Shown here piece by piece: positions 9,802 through 18,725 of a DNA stretch of 29,546 nt (position 1 is its first letter; each line of letters opens with the position of its first letter). This DNA comes from an uncultured Fibrobacterales bacterium (lineage in GTDB: Bacteria > Fibrobacterota > Fibrobacteria > Fibrobacterales > CAWVXU01). The position numbers and the translations under genes were made by a program. The notes beneath the pieces are model-generated. The model was not told the DNA's origin. It saw only the letters and a list, made by a program, of their open reading frames with translations, and searched no databases. The stretch covers positions 1 through 29,546 of the forward strand of contig CAWVXU010000026.1 in NCBI GenBank assembly GCA_963934255.1, given 5' to 3'.

Positions 9802-11253
9802 ATGGTATTTAGCTCATATACCTTCCTTATATTTCTCATCACTGTAGTTGCTGTTTTCTACTTACTTAAGTATTGTCGTTTAATTGCGCTTAGTCAATGG
9901 ATGTTACTAGCGGCATCTCTTGTTTTTTATGCGTGGTGGAAGCTAGAATACCTTCCTATTTTACTCGGATCCATTCTCATTAACTTTGGACTGTCTAAAT
10001 TAATGATCTTAAGCAATCCGGGGCTAATAGGCAAAAAGCCCATCCTTATAGTAGGGATTACTTTCAACATTCTGTTACTAGGTGTTTATAAATATACAGA
10101 CTTTATTTTAGAAAATCTCAATCTAGTCGTACCAAATAATATTCCATTACCAGGCTTTGTTTTGCCCTTAGCGTTGAGTTTTTTCACTTTCCAACAAATC
10201 GCCTTCTTGGTTGATACATGCAAAGGTGAGACTAAGGGTTATAATTTTTTGAGCTATGGATTGTTTGTCGCTTTTTTCCCTCAATTAGTTGCCGGGCCAA
10301 TAGTGCACCATAAAAAGATGGTGCTTCAGTTTGAAAATAATGGACTCAATAGTCAAATAAATTATGAGTCTATCTTTAAAGGGCTGATTCTTTTCATCAT
10401 TGGATTGAGTAAAAAGGTCATCATTGCCGACAACTTGGGTATTTTGGTTGACTCAGGATATTCATCGGTTGAAACTTTAAATTTTCTACAATCTTGGGTG
10501 ACGACCTTATCCTACACTCTGCAGCTATACTTTGATTTCAGTGGATATTCTGATATGGCCATAGGTATTGCTCTCATGTTTAATATTCAATTGCCAGTTA
10601 ATTTTAATTCTCCCTACCGGGCCATAAATATTCAGGAATTTTGGCGTAGATGGCATATGACTTTGAGTCAGTTTTTAAGTCAATATATCTATCAGCCTTT
10701 AGGCGGCAACCGAATTGGGAAGCTAAGGAATTATTTAAATTTATTAATCGTGTTTCTCATCGGCGGTATTTGGCATGGAGCAGGCTGGACCTTTATTGTT
10801 TGGGGGGCTATGCATGCCCTAGCATCAATATTCATAAGATACTGGTGGAAATTAAATATTCAGTTACCCAGGACACTAGCAATTCTTCTTACATTCAGTT
10901 TTATTCATATGACTTGGATTCCATTTAAGGCAGATGATTTCAACTCAGCCATCACGATGTTTCAAAATTTATGGGATGTCAATTTCACTTTATTATCTCC
11001 TCAAGATATTATTCAAAACCTCAAATCTTTGGGGCTTGATAAAGATTCGACGATGGAAGCTCTTTGTCATCTTGGCTTAATCCTTGGTGCTTTGATCAGT
11101 GTATTCATTGTCCCCAATAGTCTAAAATTAATGAAACGCTATGAGGTGAAATCTTCCTTTTTTCAAACTCTAGCTGTGGCTTTGTTGTTTTGCCTTTGCT
11201 TGATTTTAATTAACTCAAGTAGTCCTGCTAAATTCTTGTACTTTGATTTCTAG
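9802..11253 (+). CDS. MBOAT family O-acyltransferase (AlgI/PatA/DltB-like)
   Basis: MVFSS start, LPLALSFFTFQQI, FFPQLVAGPI, YFDFSGYSDMAIG, FWRRWHMTLS, catalytic GIWHGA, and C-terminal FLYFDF. Confidence 0.95.
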   Translation: MVFSSYTFLIFLITVVAVFYLLKYCRLIALSQWMLLAASLVFYAWWKLEYLPILLGSILINFGLSKLMILSNPGLIGKKPILIVGITFNILLLGVYKYTDFILENLNLVVPNNIPLPGFVLPLALSFFTFQQIAFLVDTCKGETKGYNFLSYGLFVAFFPQLVAGPIVHHKKMVLQFENNGLNSQINYESIFKGLILFIIGLSKKVIIADNLGILVDSGYSSVETLNFLQSWVTTLSYTLQLYFDFSGYSDMAIGIALMFNIQLPVNFNSPYRAINIQEFWRRWHMTLSQFLSQYIYQPLGGNRIGKLRNYLNLLIVFLIGGIWHGAGWTFIVWGAMHALASIFIRYWWKLNIQLPRTLAILLTFSFIHMTWIPFKADDFNSAITMFQNLWDVNFTLLSPQDIIQNLKSLGLDKDSTMEALCHLGLILGALISVFIVPNSLKLMKRYEVKSSFFQTLAVALLFCLCLILINSSSPAKFLYFDF

Positions 11254-11256
11254 GGG

Positions 11257-12243
11257 ATGAAAATGAAAATGAAAAATGAAATATTAAGACTTATAGCATT
11301 TACCCTGCTTGCTATGACATTGATTGTATTCATAGTGAATATTGTCATTGACCCCTTTATCGAGCATCCCCACTTGAATATTCTGCATTTAAAAAAGTTC
11401 GGTCAGGATTTTCAAAGCTCTCCCTATCAATTTTATGAAAAATTATCCAATAATAAATACTCAATTGTCTTTGGAACGTCTCATTCTGCCAACTTGACAT
11501 CTGAGTCTCTTGGGGAGCCGATTTTAAATATGTCACTCTCAACCTATGGTAATCCTTCAGATATTTATTCTTGGCTCAATGGATTAAATCAACAACAGTG
11601 GGATAACATTCATGTGATATATCTACTGGTGGATTATCATACTTTGATTGACAAAATTTCTCCCTATGATGAAATGAACTTCCATTCAAGGCGTGATTTT
11701 TATCAATCGACCATCCAAAATTTAAACAGACATAAGCTCTTAAAATCAGTTGAGACTGTAGTGAAAAATGTAACTAGGAATTACAATACAAGTATCACAG
11801 ATCAAGGTGAGTATCTCTATGAAAGGCCAATTGCTTTTCATAAGATCAACTATTCTGAGCCAGTTAAGTTCCATACACAACATAAGGCTATTCAAAAAAT
11901 AAAGCTCATTCAATCTTTGGCCACAAAGAATTCTAAGCCCGTTATTTTATTTAAAACAACATTCAGCTCCTTATTTCTAAGCAACCTAGATTGGCCATCA
12001 GTGCAAAATCATTATAGAACTTTGGCTCGCTATGTGGGACCTCTAGTCAACTTAATGTATCGCCCTGAGTATTCCACAAACATTGATATGTTTCGAGACC
12101 CAACACATCACGTAAGCAAATTGAGTAATTTATCAGGTGAAATATTAATGGATGAAAATCGGTCACATCGATTTATGGTCGATAAAAACAACGTGGAGGA
12201 ATATTTGATTTGGCTTAAGCGTGAATTGGATGACTTCTTATAA
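11257..12243 (+). CDS. MBOAT partner, membrane-anchored SGNH-like (AlgJ/PatB/DltD-type) protein
   Basis: Single N-terminal TM ending NIVIDP, candidate catalytic Ser in VFGTSH and DxxH in FRDPTH. Starts 3 nt after the MBOAT stop. Confidence 0.6.
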   Translation: MKMKMKNEILRLIAFTLLAMTLIVFIVNIVIDPFIEHPHLNILHLKKFGQDFQSSPYQFYEKLSNNKYSIVFGTSHSANLTSESLGEPILNMSLSTYGNPSDIYSWLNGLNQQQWDNIHVIYLLVDYHTLIDKISPYDEMNFHSRRDFYQSTIQNLNRHKLLKSVETVVKNVTRNYNTSITDQGEYLYERPIAFHKINYSEPVKFHTQHKAIQKIKLIQSLATKNSKPVILFKTTFSSLFLSNLDWPSVQNHYRTLARYVGPLVNLMYRPEYSTNIDMFRDPTHHVSKLSNLSGEILMDENRSHRFMVDKNNVEEYLIWLKRELDDFL

Positions 12244-13125
12244 AATAAAAGTTCGATTACCAGCCACAAAGACTCGGTTTTCAATGACCTTTTTCAAACC
12301 ATCAAAAAGTACTCGGCGCTCAATATCCTGACCCATTTCAATAAAGTCTTCAATGGTAGCCTTATCGGCCACCCTTTGAGTGTCTTGAGAAATAATCGGT
12401 CCTTGATCCAAATCAGATGTCGCATAATGAGCTGTTGCGCCGATCATCTTGACACCTTTAGTCCAAGCTTGGTGGTAAGGTTTGGCTCCCACAAAAGCGG
12501 GTAAAAATCCGTGATGGATGTTAATCACTTGATTGTCCCACTTCGTTGTAAACTCATCTGACAAAATTTGCATATAACGAGCCATCACCACATAATCAGT
12601 CTTGTGGTTTTCTAAAATCTCATTGACGAGGGCTTCTTGCTGGGCTTTACCGCTCATGGATGTGTCAGCGCCGGCCCCTGAGTCAATATCTCGAATTATA
12701 GGACAATGAAAAAAGGGAATATCAAACATATCTGCAATATCTTGGCGATCAGGGTGATTGGAAATAATCACTGGAATGTCACAATTAAGCTGCCCATCGC
12801 GGTGCTTGGTGAGAAGTTCAAAAAGACAATGCTCAGTTTTACTGACCATCAGTGCGACTTGAGGGCGATGACTCGGTTGAATCAAATCCCATGACATCTG
12901 AAAGTTAGAAGCGAGTGGTTTAAACTCAAGGACAAATTGCGACTCAACAAAGTGATCCTCCACCTCAAAACGAAGTCTTAAAAAGAAGGTTTCTAAGTCA
13001 AGCGCCGTATGTTGATCCAAATCTAAGATATTTCCACCTAAGTTGGTCAAAAAGCCCGCAACTTGGGCTACTATTCCCTTAGCATCAGGGCATTGAATTT
13101 TCAGAGTATAAATTGATTGTGACAT
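12238..13125 (-). CDS. purU: Formyltetrahydrofolate deformylase
   Basis: N-terminal ACT domain (CPDAKGIVA), VSKTEHCL, ARYMQILS, INIHHGFLPAF.GAKPYHQA and GATAHY.T.DLDQGPII.Q. Confidence 0.96.
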   Translation of the reverse strand: MSQSIYTLKIQCPDAKGIVAQVAGFLTNLGGNILDLDQHTALDLETFFLRLRFEVEDHFVESQFVLEFKPLASNFQMSWDLIQPSHRPQVALMVSKTEHCLFELLTKHRDGQLNCDIPVIISNHPDRQDIADMFDIPFFHCPIIRDIDSGAGADTSMSGKAQQEALVNEILENHKTDYVVMARYMQILSDEFTTKWDNQVINIHHGFLPAFVGAKPYHQAWTKGVKMIGATAHYATSDLDQGPIISQDTQRVADKATIEDFIEMGQDIERRVLFDGLKKVIENRVFVAGNRTFIL

Positions 13126-13198
13126 CAGGGCTCCTAGAGGGTTTTACTTAAATTTAGATAATTAACAGGGAAGAAAAGTTCTTCAGTGTGGTGCGTCT

Positions 13199-13500
13199 TC
13201 ATTTTTGTGGCAATTCTTTTATTTGAATTAATGTCTTTTGGCAAAGTTGACCATCGCCATTGGGGAGTAATGCCATTAAGGCCTCTTTGAAAATCTTTTT
13301 TGAATATAATGGCTTAAATTCAGTGATCAAATATTTGCGTAATTTTATATGAGATTGTTGGATAACGTTGTTTATATCATTGGTATTTGAATAAGCATCA
13401 ATTAAGTCTTCAAAGTCTTGACTCATCCTAAGGTCACTTGTCCTTCCTTTAATTGCTTCTCTAACATGGATCAATCATTTGGCATAATATCAATAATAAT
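13199..13500 (-). pseudogene. Remnant of an AbiEii/AbiGii-like nucleotidyltransferase gene
   Basis: The ORF core EAIKGRTSDLRMSQDFEDLI recalls the 'KLEAF.GR...SHD.EDI' motif. An out-of-frame upstream piece IIIDIMPND*SML (13500-13462) recalls 'VDVMP.D.SILGF'. The intervening segment is missing. Family recognised from memory. Confidence 0.55.
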
Positions 13501-13520
13501 TGAATTTTAACTTTGGTTAG

Positions 13521-13775
13521 TGGCAAGGGTGTTTTCCAATTAACTTCTTAGCTAGATTTTCGGTCGAAGATGGCCGTACAACTAATTTAATTCAAAAAGA
13601 AACTTCATCTAAAACGAATGTTAGTCAAGCTCCGGTGTCTGAAATAGGAATAGAATATCTATATGATGGTGTTTTTTTTCGCCCTAGTATCCAAATAACC
13701 CCTGTGGTTCTTATTGGTGAAAGCACACCTGCAGGTCTAGTGGGCTTATTCTTTAAACTAGGTTTTAATAAGTAG
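13521..13775 (+). pseudogene. Start-less open frame resembling the C-terminus of an outer-membrane beta-barrel protein
   Basis: 84 sense codons between stops, ending EIGIEYLYDGVFFRPSIQITP...GLVGLFFKLGFNK. Alternating amphipathic strands and no credible start near its 5' end. Confidence 0.35.
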
Positions 13776-13849
13776 TAGCCTTTTTCAATTAAAACCATTC
13801 AACCTATTTTTACTACCTTTGGGCTCAAATATCACAACGGAATTTTATT

Positions 13850-16489
13850 ATGAGTACTCGACCTACCACAGCCGCCGAAATACGCAAATCTTTCTTAGAA
13901 TTTTTTGAAGCCAAACAGCATACCATCGTGCCTTCAGCCCCTGTGGTTCCGCATGATGATCCAACTTTAATGTTCACCAATGCTGGGATGAATCAATTCA
14001 AAGGCATTTTCTTGGGTGATAACCCTAAAGGCCTCAAAAGAGCAACAGATACTCAAAAATGTATACGTGTTTCTGGTAAACACAATGATCTCGAAGAAGT
14101 AGGTCGTGACACTTATCACCACACCTTATTTGAGATGCTCGGTAATTGGTCATTTGGTGATTACTACAAAGAAGAAGCCATCTCTTACGCATGGGAGCTT
14201 CTGACTGAGGTATGGGGACTATCTAAAGACCGCTTATTTGTTTCTGTATTTGAGACAGATGATGAAGCCGCTGAAATTTGGAAAAAAGTATCAGGACTTC
14301 CTGATGACCGCATTATGCGTTTTGATGCCAAAGATAATTTTTGGGAAATGGGCGATACAGGTCCTTGTGGGCCGTGTTCAGAAATTCACTATGACAAAGG
14401 CGACCCTGCTACACAAAACGAATTATTCAAACACGAAATTGAAGGCGTGAATGGTGACAACGATCGTTTTATTGAGATTTGGAACCTTGTTTTCATTCAG
14501 TATAATCGTCAAAGCAACGGCGATCTAGAGCTACTCAAAGACAAACACGTCGATACTGGAATGGGTTTTGAACGTATTTGTGCGATTCTACAAGATGTTC
14601 ACTCGAATTATGATACGGATATTTTCCAAGTCATCATCAAAAAAATTGCCGAACTTTCTGCTGTCCCTTACCAAGGTGATATCGAAGGAATGCCTCATCG
14701 CGTGATTGCTGACCATTTGCGTACGGTCTCATTTGCAATAGCTGACGGTGTGATGCCATCGAATGAAGGTCGTGGATATGTGATTCGTCGTATCCTTCGT
14801 CGCGCTTCTCGCTATGCTCGTAATATTGGTTGTGACAAGCCATTCTTATGTGAGCTTGTAGCGACCCTTGTCGCTGAGATGGGTGATGCTTTCCCAGAGC
14901 TTGTCGCTCGTCAAGCATTTATTGAAAACGTCGTTCGCGCTGAAGAAGAAAGCTTTATTCGTACTTTAGGCAAAGGCCTTGAGCGTTTTGACAAAATGGT
15001 TCAAGAATTAGGTGTTAACAAAACTCTTAACGGTGAAGGCGTATTTACGCTTTATGACACTTATGGATTCCCCGTTGATTTGACTCGTCTGATCGCTGAA
15101 GAAAAGGGTCTTGATATTGATGAAGCGGGTTTTGAGAAAGCCATGACTGAGCAAAAGACTCGTGGTCGTGAAAACATGAAAACTACGATTAATTTTAATA
15201 CTGATGAAGGTTGGGAAATCTCAACTCAAGATAAATCAACTCAGTTCTTAGGGTATGACCAAGGTCAAGCCGAAGTTCAAATCTCACGCTACTACCCAGA
15301 GGGAGATCTGGTTCATATCGTTTTGAATCAAACTCCTTTTTATGCAGAGGCCGGTGGCCAAGTAGGTGAAAAGGGACTTCTCAAAAACGCCGAAACAGAA
15401 ATTCAAATCATAGACACGACTAAGGTCAATGATGTTGTGATTCATAAAGCGAAAGTGACAGCTGGAGCATTATCAAGTGCAAATGCAGCTGAGAAATGGT
15501 CAGCAATCCCTAGTGAAGCAGGTCGCCTTGCGACTCGTCGTAATCATTCAGCGACTCACCTTTTACACGCAGCCCTTAAAGTGGTACTTGGCGATCACGT
15601 CAACCAACAAGGTTCACGAGTGGCGCCGGATTCACTTCGTTTTGACTTCTCGCATTTCCAAGGTGTCAGCACTGAAGAGCTCGCTCAAATTGAACAGCTA
15701 GTCAATGAAGAAGTATTGGCAAATACTCAAGCTATCACCAAGGTTCAAAATCTCGAAGAAGCCAAAGCTGAGGGTGCAATGGCATTATTTGGCGAAAAAT
15801 ATGAAGAAGATGTTCGTGTAGTCTCTATGGGTCAAACTGATTTCTCCAAAGAACTTTGTGGTGGACTTCACGTGGATCGTACAGGTGATATTGGACTCAT
15901 TAAGATTACATCAGAATCATCAGTGGCAGCAGGTGTTCGTCGTATCGAAGCATTGACAGGGACTGAGGCACTTGCTTATCTTAATACTCAAGAACAAACT
16001 GTCATGAAGCTTGCTGCTCAACTCAAAGCCAAGCCAGCCAAAGTCGCTGATAAGATTGCTGAGATACAGGCTCAGGCTAAATCCCTTGAAAAAGAGATCG
16101 AAAAGCTTCAAACACAAATGTCAAACACTAAAATTGACCAATTACTCTCTCAAGCTGAAGACTTTGCAGGGATCAAATTAATCATGGCCTCCTTTGAGAA
16201 CATGGAGAAGAAAGCCTTTGCTTCACTCATTGAGTCAATGTCTGTCAAGCATCAAGGTATTTCTGTACTTTCTAACACGGAGGCAGAGAGCGGTTCTATT
16301 GCAGTGACTGTAGCCAAAGATTTGACATCTCGTGTAAAAGCAGGTAACTTGATTAAAGATATTTCTGCCATTGCTGGTGGTCGCGGTGGCGGTCGTCCAG
16401 ATAAAGCTCAAGCTGGAACCAAAGAGCCGGGTAAAATCCCAGCCGCGCTTGAAGCTGCCAAAGACATTATTGAGGGAGCACTGGCCTAA
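13850..16489 (+). CDS. alaS: Alanine--tRNA ligase
   Basis: TLMFTNAGMNQFK, HHTLFEMLGNWSFGDY, GPCGPCSEI, editing-site HSATHLLH and ELCGGLH, C-terminal GGRGGG. Confidence 0.99.
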   Translation: MSTRPTTAAEIRKSFLEFFEAKQHTIVPSAPVVPHDDPTLMFTNAGMNQFKGIFLGDNPKGLKRATDTQKCIRVSGKHNDLEEVGRDTYHHTLFEMLGNWSFGDYYKEEAISYAWELLTEVWGLSKDRLFVSVFETDDEAAEIWKKVSGLPDDRIMRFDAKDNFWEMGDTGPCGPCSEIHYDKGDPATQNELFKHEIEGVNGDNDRFIEIWNLVFIQYNRQSNGDLELLKDKHVDTGMGFERICAILQDVHSNYDTDIFQVIIKKIAELSAVPYQGDIEGMPHRVIADHLRTVSFAIADGVMPSNEGRGYVIRRILRRASRYARNIGCDKPFLCELVATLVAEMGDAFPELVARQAFIENVVRAEEESFIRTLGKGLERFDKMVQELGVNKTLNGEGVFTLYDTYGFPVDLTRLIAEEKGLDIDEAGFEKAMTEQKTRGRENMKTTINFNTDEGWEISTQDKSTQFLGYDQGQAEVQISRYYPEGDLVHIVLNQTPFYAEAGGQVGEKGLLKNAETEIQIIDTTKVNDVVIHKAKVTAGALSSANAAEKWSAIPSEAGRLATRRNHSATHLLHAALKVVLGDHVNQQGSRVAPDSLRFDFSHFQGVSTEELAQIEQLVNEEVLANTQAITKVQNLEEAKAEGAMALFGEKYEEDVRVVSMGQTDFSKELCGGLHVDRTGDIGLIKITSESSVAAGVRRIEALTGTEALAYLNTQEQTVMKLAAQLKAKPAKVADKIAEIQAQAKSLEKEIEKLQTQMSNTKIDQLLSQAEDFAGIKLIMASFENMEKKAFASLIESMSVKHQGISVLSNTEAESGSIAVTVAKDLTSRVKAGNLIKDISAIAGGRGGGRPDKAQAGTKEPGKIPAALEAAKDIIEGALA

Positions 16490-17244
16490 TGATAGGTAAA
16501 ATTGAACAACAACTATTAGATGCTGCAGAAGCCAAAGGCTCTGCATGGGCCATACTTTTAGATCCTGATTCTTCTTCTGAAGAGGATTTCCTAGAAGCCG
16601 GTCAAAGAGCTCAGCGCGTAGGCGCCGATGTGATTTTTGTAGGTGGTTCATTTATGGGCTCTCCTAGCTTTACAGTCATGACTGAAAAACTCAAGGAGAT
16701 CCTTGATATCCCACTGGTATTGTTTCCAGGCGGAGCCTCTCACATATCTAAAGGCCCTGACGCCCTTTTATTTACAACCCTAGTTTCTGGTCGCAATCCT
16801 CAATACCTCATTGACGAGCAAGTCCGTGGATCTGTGATGATTTCAGCACTCGGTTTAGAGCCTATCCCCACAGCATATTGTCTGATTGATGGTGGTCAAA
16901 CGACTGCTGTAGAATACATTTCAAATACTCGTCCTATCCCGGCTGATAAGCCAAAGATTACAGCAGTGACTGCACTTGCTGCAAATATGATGGGTATGCG
17001 TTGGTGTTATTTAGAAGCTGGATCGGGTGCCAAAAACCCTGTTCCCGTTCAACATGTGGGTATGGTAGCACTAGGTACAAAAATGAATGTAATTTGTGGT
17101 GGTGGAATACGCACTCCAGAAGACGCAGCCGCTCGCGCTCAAGCCGGCGCTAAGATTATCGTCACGGGCAATTTATGGGAAAAAGTCAAAGACGAAGCTC
17201 TGATGATAGAATTCGCCCAAGCGATTCACTATAAAGACGCTTAA
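16489..17244 (+). CDS. Geranylgeranylglyceryl phosphate synthase (GGGPS/PcrB family, group II-like)
   Basis: ILLDPD, IFVGGS, VLFPG, SGRNPQYLI, YLEAGSGA and GGGIR. Start overlaps the alaS stop (TAATG). Confidence 0.92.
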   Translation: MIGKIEQQLLDAAEAKGSAWAILLDPDSSSEEDFLEAGQRAQRVGADVIFVGGSFMGSPSFTVMTEKLKEILDIPLVLFPGGASHISKGPDALLFTTLVSGRNPQYLIDEQVRGSVMISALGLEPIPTAYCLIDGGQTTAVEYISNTRPIPADKPKITAVTALAANMMGMRWCYLEAGSGAKNPVPVQHVGMVALGTKMNVICGGGIRTPEDAAARAQAGAKIIVTGNLWEKVKDEALMIEFAQAIHYKDA

Positions 17245-17305
17245 TTAAGTAATGACATGTTAAAAGCCCTAAAGAGTTAAAACAACCCAATTAAGTCAAT
17301 AAAAC

Positions 17306-17337
17306 GAAGGCCCTCAAGTGAGGGTCTTTTGTATTTC
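17306..17337 (+). terminator. Intrinsic terminator after alaS-GGGPS
   Basis: GAAGGCCCTC-AAGT-GAGGGTCTTT hairpin followed by a T-rich tract. Confidence 0.8.
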
Positions 17338-17374
17338 AAAGCCGTTTCCCAATGCAATCTACTATCTTTGGCTC

Positions 17375-18676
17375 ATGGAAAAGAAAACTACCGAAGAGAT
17401 CATGGCTAAGTTGAATATTAGCCAACTCAATAAGATGCAAGAAATGGCTATTAAAAAAGCCGATTGGGACCAAGACTTAGTTCTGTTGTCTCCTACGGGT
17501 TCAGGTAAGACACTCGCCTATCTTTTACCTTTGCTCAAGAAAATTGATCCAAAGAAGCCAGGTGTTCAGGCCTTAATTGTCGTCCCCACACGTGAACTTG
17601 CTGTTCAAGTGGAGAATGTTCTTCGTGACATGGGTACAGGCTATAAAGTCAACTCCTTTTTTGGAGGCCGCCCCAAATCAATTGACCGTGAGAACTTAAG
17701 ATCTCAACCGACGATTGCCATTGGAACTCCAGGCCGACTTTCCGACCATTTTGAGTCAGAGAGAATCTACGCTAAGACTGTCGCTAACATCGTACTCGAT
17801 GAATTTGACAAATGTTTAGAAGCTGGTTTTGAAGATGAGATGAAGTCCATTTTTCAATGGTGTAATCTGTGTCGCACGCGTATGCTGACTTCAGCGACTC
17901 AACACCAAAAAGTACCAGAATTTGTAGGTCTTAGAAATCCAGCTGAGATTGAGTACTTCCCTGAGTTTGAATCTAAATTGATGCTCAAAACGATTTACTC
18001 GCCTTATAAGGACAAGTTAGATACGCTCTATCAAGCAATTTGCCACATGGGTAATCAGCCAGGTGTAGTATTCTGTAATTTCAAAGACAGTATCCAAAGG
18101 GTCTCTGATTTCTTAAAATTAAAAGGAATCACACATTCAACTTTCCATGGTGATCTCGATCAAAATAATCGTGAGAAATCCCTGATTAAATTTCGTAATG
18201 GTTCATCACAAGTCTTACTTGCATCAGACCTTGCGGCTCGTGGGCTTGATGTAGATGACTTAGGTTTTGTGATGCATTATCACATCCCTATGAAAGAGCA
18301 TGAATTTACTCATCGAAATGGTCGTACGGCTCGTATGAACAAAGATGGTATCGCCTATGTGTTGCGATGGGTAGATGATCAAGATTTACCGGCTTATATT
18401 GAAGACTACCCTGAAGAAGTTTTATCAGATGCACCTCATCCTGATCAAGCTAAATGGGAAACCCTATGTATGAGCGTCGGTCGCAAAGACAAAGTATCCA
18501 AAGGTGATATTGCCGGATTCTTATCTAAGCAAGGTAACTTGTCTCGTGATGACTTGGGTAAAATTGAAATCCAACCTCACATGAGTTATGCAGCGGTGAA
18601 TCCAGCAAAACTCCAAGCGTTACTCAAGATCCACTCTAAGATCAAAAACAATAAAGTGAGAATCACTCATCTTTAG
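17375..18676 (+). CDS. dbpA: DEAD-box RNA helicase, DbpA-like
   Basis: Q motif, SPTGSGKT, PTRELA, GTPGR, DEFD, SAT, ARGLD, HRNGRTAR and a C-terminal DbpA RNA-binding domain (VGRKDKVSKGDIAGFL). Start re-called to ATG 17375 because the track GTG at 17318 lies inside the terminator. Confidence 0.85.
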   Translation: MEKKTTEEIMAKLNISQLNKMQEMAIKKADWDQDLVLLSPTGSGKTLAYLLPLLKKIDPKKPGVQALIVVPTRELAVQVENVLRDMGTGYKVNSFFGGRPKSIDRENLRSQPTIAIGTPGRLSDHFESERIYAKTVANIVLDEFDKCLEAGFEDEMKSIFQWCNLCRTRMLTSATQHQKVPEFVGLRNPAEIEYFPEFESKLMLKTIYSPYKDKLDTLYQAICHMGNQPGVVFCNFKDSIQRVSDFLKLKGITHSTFHGDLDQNNREKSLIKFRNGSSQVLLASDLAARGLDVDDLGFVMHYHIPMKEHEFTHRNGRTARMNKDGIAYVLRWVDDQDLPAYIEDYPEEVLSDAPHPDQAKWETLCMSVGRKDKVSKGDIAGFLSKQGNLSRDDLGKIEIQPHMSYAAVNPAKLQALLKIHSKIKNNKVRITHL

Positions 18677-18725
18677 ATGATAGATTTTCTTTCAATTAGA
18701 CAAGTTTAAAGATTAAAGGCAAAAC

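Noticed and set aside
12640..12700. Short insertion (DIDSGAGADTSMSG) in PurU
   Set aside because: A small in-frame expansion in a likely surface loop with catalytic motifs intact. It has no intein or repeat features.
7655..13849. Integrative or mobile element covering the accessory region
   Set aside because: No integrase, transposase, tRNA target or terminal repeats are visible, and housekeeping purU lies within it.
17318..17374. N-terminal extension of the helicase from GTG 17318
   Set aside because: It begins in the terminator hairpin and spans the promoter-like motif. ATG 17375 fits better.
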